Under the pieces are notes generated by a model, which saw nothing but the letters and a program-made list of their open reading frames with translations, was not told the origin of the DNA and ran no database searches. Below, in pieces: positions 58,696-64,000 of a stretch of DNA of 64,000 bases. Position numbers and translations under genes: made by a program. The stretch's first letter is position 1, and each line of letters starts with the position of its first letter. The stretch is from Cytophagales bacterium (lineage in GTDB: Bacteria; Bacteroidota; Bacteroidia; Cytophagales; JAPOQI01). Location of the stretch: positions 11,182-75,181 of the forward strand of contig JAPOQI010000147.1 in NCBI GenBank assembly GCA_026710765.1, given 5' to 3'.

Positions 58696-59541
58696 ATGCT
58701 TCCTTTTCCGGTTTATATTGTTCATTTGTTTCGGGCTTCTCATCGTCGGGTTCATATGGATGAGCAGCTTCGTTTGGCAGGGATCACGAATTATAGCTAT
58801 GTAGAAGCCGTGGATGGTCAAAAACTGGGGAAAGCAGATCTATCCTTGCATTGTTCTCCGGATGCGAAATTGAGTTTGGGTGAGTTAGGCTGTTATTTGA
58901 GTCATAGGCAGATTTGGGAGCAGATGGATCGGGATGGGGTAGAGATGGCCTTGATCTTGGAAGACGATGTCATTCTTAGCGCAGACATAGTTCCCGTGCT
59001 ATCTCAGGCTTCCCGTTTTCCGCCAAACTGGGAACTGATACATGTTGCAGATATCAGCTACCAATTGAGTCATGCTCATGTATTGAATCATTGGGGAAGA
59101 AGAAGCCTGGCTCTGTCCTATCAGATAGGAATATCTATGTCCTCACGGGTTACGGGTATGGGTTATTTGGTCCATCAACGTGGGCTAAAGAGATCTTTGC
59201 CTCGCCTTGGAAAGGATGTAGACATTCCTGTTGACAATGTTCTTTTTGACTATGCAAAGGGGGGTTATTTTTTTCATAGTATGAAGCCTTCTTTGGTATT
59301 CTTAAAAAAAGATATAGAATCTGACATACGGGTTAATAGAACCGAGATAGAGTGGAAAAAAGGTCCTTCAAACCTGTCATTCCTCGAGAGAATTTTTGTT
59401 TTTTTACGTAATAATATTTGGGTTTTTCTTTCTTTTTTTCCCCCGCCTCGGAGAATATATGTTTACTATCCGTGGGGAAAAATGAGATTTAGATATTATA
59501 TCTTTCGCCTGGTCTGTGATTACTTTTTCCGCAGAAGATAA
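58696..59541 (+). CDS. Glycosyltransferase family 25 paralog 4
   Basis: Same signature as paralog 1. The 3' end overlaps the convergent GT-C-like gene by 22 bp. Confidence 0.8.
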   Translation: MLPFPVYIVHLFRASHRRVHMDEQLRLAGITNYSYVEAVDGQKLGKADLSLHCSPDAKLSLGELGCYLSHRQIWEQMDRDGVEMALILEDDVILSADIVPVLSQASRFPPNWELIHVADISYQLSHAHVLNHWGRRSLALSYQIGISMSSRVTGMGYLVHQRGLKRSLPRLGKDVDIPVDNVLFDYAKGGYFFHSMKPSLVFLKKDIESDIRVNRTEIEWKKGPSNLSFLERIFVFLRNNIWVFLSFFPPPRRIYVYYPWGKMRFRYYIFRLVCDYFFRRR

Positions 59542-60827
59542 TGAATCTGTTTATGTCTTCTTTGTTGAAATTCCCAGACCCAACATGCTGATAAGATCAG
59601 ATACTCAGCAAGGATCCAGAGATAGGGATGTTGGTAGCCTGTGGAATCATAACCTATATATGACCAGCAGATCAGATAAGACCAAAGCAATGGAAAAATT
59701 AGGCCCTGAAAGACTCCCAAACCTATCAAGGGAATCAGATACCAAGGATGTATCGTGCTGCTAAGGAGTAGGTAGAAGAGATACAGCCATGGGGCTATAC
59801 TGAGCATATCGGATCTTCTGCGTATATAAGATATTAGCAGAATCCCAAAGGCAGATAGCATGCCTAAAAAAGGACCTATATAACGAGTCAGATCCCCCTG
59901 ACCTATGTAAATCCCGATCCCCTTGATCAGAGCAAAAACACCCGAATTGAATTCAAATTGGCGAAAATATAGATCCAAACTTTTCCACATCCCGACAGAG
60001 AATCCCATAGGTACAAAGAGTACAAAGAGAAAAAAACATAGAAGGACACATAGGAGGATTTTCTTTCTGGACGATACATGAAAAAATAACTGAGGTAAAA
60101 AAACTAGGGGGTATAATTTGGTGGCGATGGCACATGCAAAGGATAAAAGGGGCTGATATAGACTTCTCTTCCGAGAAAATCCCCAAGCTGTCAGCAAAAG
60201 GAATGCCAGAACTAGGGCTTCAAAATGTACATTTCCTATGCCCTCCCAGATGACTAGTGGATTTAAAAAATAAGCTGCCTGTTGAATGGGCCTAAGCTGA
60301 TATTTTTGAAAGATGTGCAGGACAACCATTTCCGCACCCAAGATGATAAATCGCAGCAGAGACAAAGAAAAAAGATATTCATGGGCTGAGTATCCAAGGG
60401 CTGCCAATGCGAACCCTAGTTGATGAAAAAGAGGATAAGGACTGTGATAATGGGGAGAATTGAGATGATTATAAAGGTCTTCAGGATAGGCCTTCCCTTG
60501 AACTATTCTCTGTTGGACCCATTGTGTGGGGGTGTACTCAAAAGGAGAATGTCCTTCTAACCACAGCCATCCATCCCATAGAAAACGATAGAAATCATCC
60601 GACAGATGGGGAAGACAAAAGAAAAAGGGAAGTCTAAATAAGAGTCCCCATTGCCATATATTCCGAATGGATAAGGAAGGACTTTTGAGAAGTAAAAAAT
60701 AACCTAAAAAACTTCCCAAAAACAGTCCTTGCACAAGCCAAACCTCGTTTCTGTCTCCGAAGGAGCCCAGACATATGTGCAGTAAAAGGCAAACAAAAAC
60801 AATAGCCGCCAGACCCCGACTAGGCAA
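59520..60827 (-). CDS. Polytopic GT-C-like membrane glycosyltransferase (DUF2029/mannosyltransferase-like)
   Basis: 435 aa with ~11 TM helices. The first periplasmic loop carries the acidic motif SDDFYRFLWDGWLWLEGHSPF, which is typical of polyprenyl-phosphate-sugar-dependent GT-C enzymes. Confidence 0.6.
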   Translation of the reverse strand: MPSRGLAAIVFVCLLLHICLGSFGDRNEVWLVQGLFLGSFLGYFLLLKSPSLSIRNIWQWGLLFRLPFFFCLPHLSDDFYRFLWDGWLWLEGHSPFEYTPTQWVQQRIVQGKAYPEDLYNHLNSPHYHSPYPLFHQLGFALAALGYSAHEYLFSLSLLRFIILGAEMVVLHIFQKYQLRPIQQAAYFLNPLVIWEGIGNVHFEALVLAFLLLTAWGFSRKRSLYQPLLSFACAIATKLYPLVFLPQLFFHVSSRKKILLCVLLCFFLFVLFVPMGFSVGMWKSLDLYFRQFEFNSGVFALIKGIGIYIGQGDLTRYIGPFLGMLSAFGILLISYIRRRSDMLSIAPWLYLFYLLLSSTIHPWYLIPLIGLGVFQGLIFPLLWSYLICWSYIGYDSTGYQHPYLWILAEYLILSACWVWEFQQRRHKQIHYLLRKK

Positions 60828-62325
60828 TACCCTTATCTTTGAACTCCCCCAGAATACGCCATTTGAACTGAAATCTCAAACAGGAATAGCGAAGTATTAT
60901 GAAATTTCCCAGACATAGACTCAAATGAAAAAATATAGCAGAATAGTCCTCCCACATCACAGCCAAGGATATACCCAAGATCGCATAAGAAATAGAACAT
61001 GTCTCCATCCATGGGAATCTTGAAATCCTAAGATAGTCCCAGTCTTGATGGGTATATCTTAGTCCTCCTTTTTTGGGGGTTCTATGAAAATGATTATTCC
61101 CTTGTCTGCGAAAAAGACCCGAAAGCAATGCCATTGTGTTTTGCAAGGCTAAGGCTGTATGGATAGAAATAAAGAGAAAGGTTTGGACAAGGTAAAATTC
61201 TCGTCTCTCCTTGGACCTATCTAAGCCAGAGGCCGTGAAATAATAGGGGATGATGAATAAAGAACCTAAAAAGAAAAAAGTTCCAATATTGAACCACGGA
61301 CCTATATCCGATATCTGTTTGAGATAAAGCATAGGAACACTTAAAAGAAGTACAGATAGTATGAAGAAGGAAATAAAATTGCTCCCCATGTGGAATACCC
61401 TCAAGATGCGTTGGGTTAAGGGGATTTCTTCCTTAAAAATAGAACGGAGATGTTTAGCAATGTTTTGGGCGCCCCCTTTGGACCAACGATATTGTTGTTT
61501 TTTCAAATCCTCTGCCAAGACCGGCAATTCACCCGGACATACTACATGATTCAGGTAATGATATTTCCATCCTTTGAGTTGGGCCCTACAGCTGATATCC
61601 AAATCTTCAGCCACAGTATCTGTTTCCCATCCTCCTGTATCTTCTATACAAGTTTTTCGCCAAATACCTGCGGTTCCATTGAAACTCAACCAATAGGCCT
61701 TAGTATATCGGGCAAGTTGTTCGTACTTGAAAAAGGCATTCAGACCAAAAGCTTGAAGTTTGGTTAGTCCGTTTTCTTTTTCGTTTAGATAACCCCATCG
61801 GGTCTGTACGAAACCGACTCGTTCATTTTTGAAATAAGGGATGGTATTGAGAAGAAAATCATTCGGTGGAACAAAATCTGCATCAAAGATTGCTATATAA
61901 TCTCCCCTGGCATGGGGCAAAGCATGTTGTAGCGCGCCTCCTTTGTACCCATCCCGATCTGATCTTCTAATAACCCGTATTCTTTTCTGCTTTTCATGAT
62001 CTTGTTGGGCTATCCATTTGTCTATGTACTGAGAGGTTTCATCTGTGGAGTCATCCAAGACATGTATTTCTGTCTTATCGGAGGGATATATTATTCGTGT
62101 ACAGGCTTCTAAGAGACGTGTGATTACATATTTCTCATTGTAAACGGGAAGTTGTATGGTCACGGAGGGATATTCACCGCCTTCTTGAGTGGGTGACAAA
62201 GGTCTTAATCGCTGAGATTTAGACCGAAATGAAGCCGCAAAAAAGAAATGAAACCGAATGATATTGAAAGTCAATATACCGATCAGGCAAAAGATGTAAA
62301 CGGCAAGTGTAAAATAAGAAATCAT
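60820..62325 (-). CDS. Membrane-embedded GT2 glycosyltransferase, CslA/MgdA-like (D,D,D,QxxRW type)
   Basis: VTIQLPVYNEKYV, VLDDSTDET, FDADF, TVAEDLD and QQYRWSKG, with N- and C-terminal TM helices. Confidence 0.85.
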   Translation of the reverse strand: MISYFTLAVYIFCLIGILTFNIIRFHFFFAASFRSKSQRLRPLSPTQEGGEYPSVTIQLPVYNEKYVITRLLEACTRIIYPSDKTEIHVLDDSTDETSQYIDKWIAQQDHEKQKRIRVIRRSDRDGYKGGALQHALPHARGDYIAIFDADFVPPNDFLLNTIPYFKNERVGFVQTRWGYLNEKENGLTKLQAFGLNAFFKYEQLARYTKAYWLSFNGTAGIWRKTCIEDTGGWETDTVAEDLDISCRAQLKGWKYHYLNHVVCPGELPVLAEDLKKQQYRWSKGGAQNIAKHLRSIFKEEIPLTQRILRVFHMGSNFISFFILSVLLLSVPMLYLKQISDIGPWFNIGTFFFLGSLFIIPYYFTASGLDRSKERREFYLVQTFLFISIHTALALQNTMALLSGLFRRQGNNHFHRTPKKGGLRYTHQDWDYLRISRFPWMETCSISYAILGISLAVMWEDYSAIFFHLSLCLGNFIILRYSCLRFQFKWRILGEFKDKGIA

Positions 62326-63011
62326 CGGTATTTGAATATCGTATATAAGATCTTATAGCCCGCCATGAGGACACCCCCAACCGTACCCGATATCTTTGAT
62401 TTACCTATTCGCTTCCGATAAGAAACAGGAACCTCTACCCAAGGGATCTTTTTTTTAACCGCCTTAATTTGCATTTCAATCGTCCATCCAAAATCCCGAT
62501 CCTGCATGTTCAGCGATTTTAGAGAGGGATAACGGATTGCCCTAAAGGGACCTAAATCGGTAAATTTAGCCTGATAAAGATGTTCTAAGAGATAGCATGC
62601 CAGGCGATTTCCAACATATTGTGGGAAGGTCATGGCATCCTTATCCTGCTTCCCCCTGAACCGAGAACCTATAACCATATCAGCCTCACCTTTGCGTATA
62701 GGATCCAAGATATATAGAATTTCTTCTGGATAATCTGAATAATCCCCATCCAAAAAAACAACCACATCAGGTTTGGGCACTTGCTGACTCAGGTAGGATA
62801 TTCCTTTCAGACATGCCTGACCATAGCCTCGTTGGGGTTCATGCAGGGCTGTAACACCATGGGCTTCTGCCAAGGAAAATGTTTTGTCCTCAGATCCATT
62901 ATCTATTACGATAACCTCGTCTATTTCCTCCATAGGAAGATCTTTAAGAACATGGGGAAGGGCAATTTCTTCATTCACAGCCGGAATTATTACCTTGACA
63001 ATCAAATTCAC
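62322..63011 (-). CDS. Soluble GT2 glycosyltransferase, polyprenyl-phosphate sugar synthase-like
   Basis: 229 aa with VIIPAVNEE, VIVIDNGSEDKT, FLDGDYSD and MVIGSR. It has 4-bp overlaps with both neighbouring genes. Confidence 0.8.
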   Translation of the reverse strand: MNLIVKVIIPAVNEEIALPHVLKDLPMEEIDEVIVIDNGSEDKTFSLAEAHGVTALHEPQRGYGQACLKGISYLSQQVPKPDVVVFLDGDYSDYPEEILYILDPIRKGEADMVIGSRFRGKQDKDAMTFPQYVGNRLACYLLEHLYQAKFTDLGPFRAIRYPSLKSLNMQDRDFGWTIEMQIKAVKKKIPWVEVPVSYRKRIGKSKISGTVGGVLMAGYKILYTIFKYR

Positions 63012-64000
63012 CTAGATCTGGGTAGAACCCGTTTGGGAGATCTTTTCCACTGAGCCCGAAGCACCTTTTGAATAGACCCTTTATCATAGCCACAAAGTTT
63101 ATGCAGTTCTTCGGGTTTTCCTTGCTTAATGATCTGATCTGGAATACCTAATCGGCGAACCGGAAGAAAATATTCATGTTGAGCTAAAAACTCCAAAATC
63201 GCAGACCCAAATCCGCCCATTAAACAACCATCTTCCAAGCTTATAATCTGTTCAAAAGATCCACAAATCTTGTGGAGCAGGTCTTCATCCAAGGGTTTTA
63301 CAAAACGCATATCATATAGGGCAGGAAATATGTTTTCAGCAGCCAACTCGTCCAAGACTTCCAAGGCTATATTTCCGATATGCCCTATGGATAGGATGGC
63401 TATTTTTTCTCCTTCCCGAAGACATCTCCCTTTGCCAATGGGAATTTTTTTCATGGGGGTTTTCCATTTAGGTGTAGTTCCTTTTCCTCGGGGATAGCGA
63501 ATGGAGAAAGGTCTTTGGGATCGTGATAATTGCATGGTGTAAAGAAAATTTCGCAGTTCTTCTTCGTTCAGCGGAGAAGCTATGATCAGATGGGGAAGAC
63601 AACGCATAAAAGCCAAATCATAGGCACCATGATGGGTTGCCCCATCTTCTCCCACCAATCCTCCCCGATCCAAGACAAAATTAACCGGCAAATTTTGGAC
63701 ACATACATCATGGATTAACTGATCATACCCACGTTGCATAAAGGTGCTGTAAATATGACAAAAAGGAATAAGTCCCTGCGTCACCATGCCCGCAGAGAAG
63801 GTCACCGCATGTTGCTCAGCTATACCCACATCAAAAACGCGATCAGGTAATTCTGCCATCATAATGTTCATAGAAGACCCCGAAGGCATAGCCGGCGTGA
63901 TCCCCATAATCTTATCATTTTTCCGAGCCAACTCAAGAAGACTATGTCCGAAGACCTCTTGATATTTTAAAGGACCTGGTTCAGAAGATGTTTGGGAAGA
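63008..64000 (-). CDS. dxs: 1-deoxy-D-xylulose-5-phosphate synthase, C-terminal ~330 aa. The gene continues beyond the right edge of the window.
   Basis: FDVGIAEQHAVTFSAGM, DRGGLVGEDGATHHG and a transketolase C-terminal domain. The frame stays open to position 64000 (…SSQTSSEPGPLKYQEVFGHSLLELARKND…). Confidence 0.93.
   Translation of the reverse strand, partial: SSQTSSEPGPLKYQEVFGHSLLELARKNDKIMGITPAMPSGSSMNIMMAELPDRVFDVGIAEQHAVTFSAGMVTQGLIPFCHIYSTFMQRGYDQLIHDVCVQNLPVNFVLDRGGLVGEDGATHHGAYDLAFMRCLPHLIIASPLNEEELRNFLYTMQLSRSQRPFSIRYPRGKGTTPKWKTPMKKIPIGKGRCLREGEKIAILSIGHIGNIALEVLDELAAENIFPALYDMRFVKPLDEDLLHKICGSFEQIISLEDGCLMGGFGSAILEFLAQHEYFLPVRRLGIPDQIIKQGKPEELHKLCGYDKGSIQKVLRAQWKRSPKRVLPRSR

Larger units (their letters stand above)
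56126..59541 (+). repeat. Tandem array of four ~855-bp GT25 gene units (start-to-start spacing 852/857/861 bp)
   Basis: Direct comparison of the four units. They share 5' ends, tails and spacers, and the internal similarity is mosaic. Confidence 0.9.

Noticed and set aside
58561-59460. Homopolymer-driven phase variation of GT25 copies 3 and 4 (T7 and T7C5 tracts)
   Set aside because: The tracts are only 7 nt long, shorter than typical contingency-locus repeats. All four ORFs are intact, so recombination between copies is the better-supported variation mechanism.

Overview
The window reads as a densely packed chromosomal segment of a Bacteroidota-like bacterium. Supporting evidence is a T9SS C-terminal sorting domain, a type III glutamine synthetase, DUF4296/DUF4783-type proteins, a ClpP with the Bacteroidota N-terminal extension, and the uppS-bamA and relA-fur-purA gene orders. 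GC is about 43-45% by hand counts on a few lines. About 60 genes sit on both strands, with many 4-23 bp overlaps and few recognisable terminators. Most genes are housekeeping. They include bamA (partial), uppS, rsmE, glnN, alaS, a UvrD-family helicase, an M1 peptidase, gcvH, pnuC, mce, thiL, yicC, cobU, mreBCD-mrdA-rodA, purE, mlaFE-like genes, an SNF transporter, clpP, tig, relA/spoT, fur, purA, suhB, a ppiD-like gene, cca, lpxB, guaB, pncA, a cysteine desulfurase, pdhB and dxs (partial). There are two tRNAs: tRNA-Leu(UAG) and an unusual tRNA-Pro whose anticodon reads AGG. The main accessory region is a ~8 kb glycosylation locus at 54.9-63.0 kb. It holds a radical-SAM enzyme followed by four tandem, mosaic GT25 glycosyltransferase paralogs. 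These converge on a translationally coupled GT2/GT2/GT-C module fused behind dxs. A second accessory region lies between rodA and the mla genes: a beta-class DNA methyltransferase fused to a T5orf172/GIY-YIG-like domain, then tRNA-Pro(AGG), purE, and an orphan Mrr-like PD-(D/E)xK nuclease. A further orphan HTH-gamma-class N6-adenine methyltransferase lies at 43.4 kb. Other oddities are an 11 x 15-bp in-frame acidic tandem repeat, an AlaRS lacking the C-Ala domain, and an A11 tract inside an ABC ATPase gene. I found no CRISPR array, rRNA, transposase or integrase.
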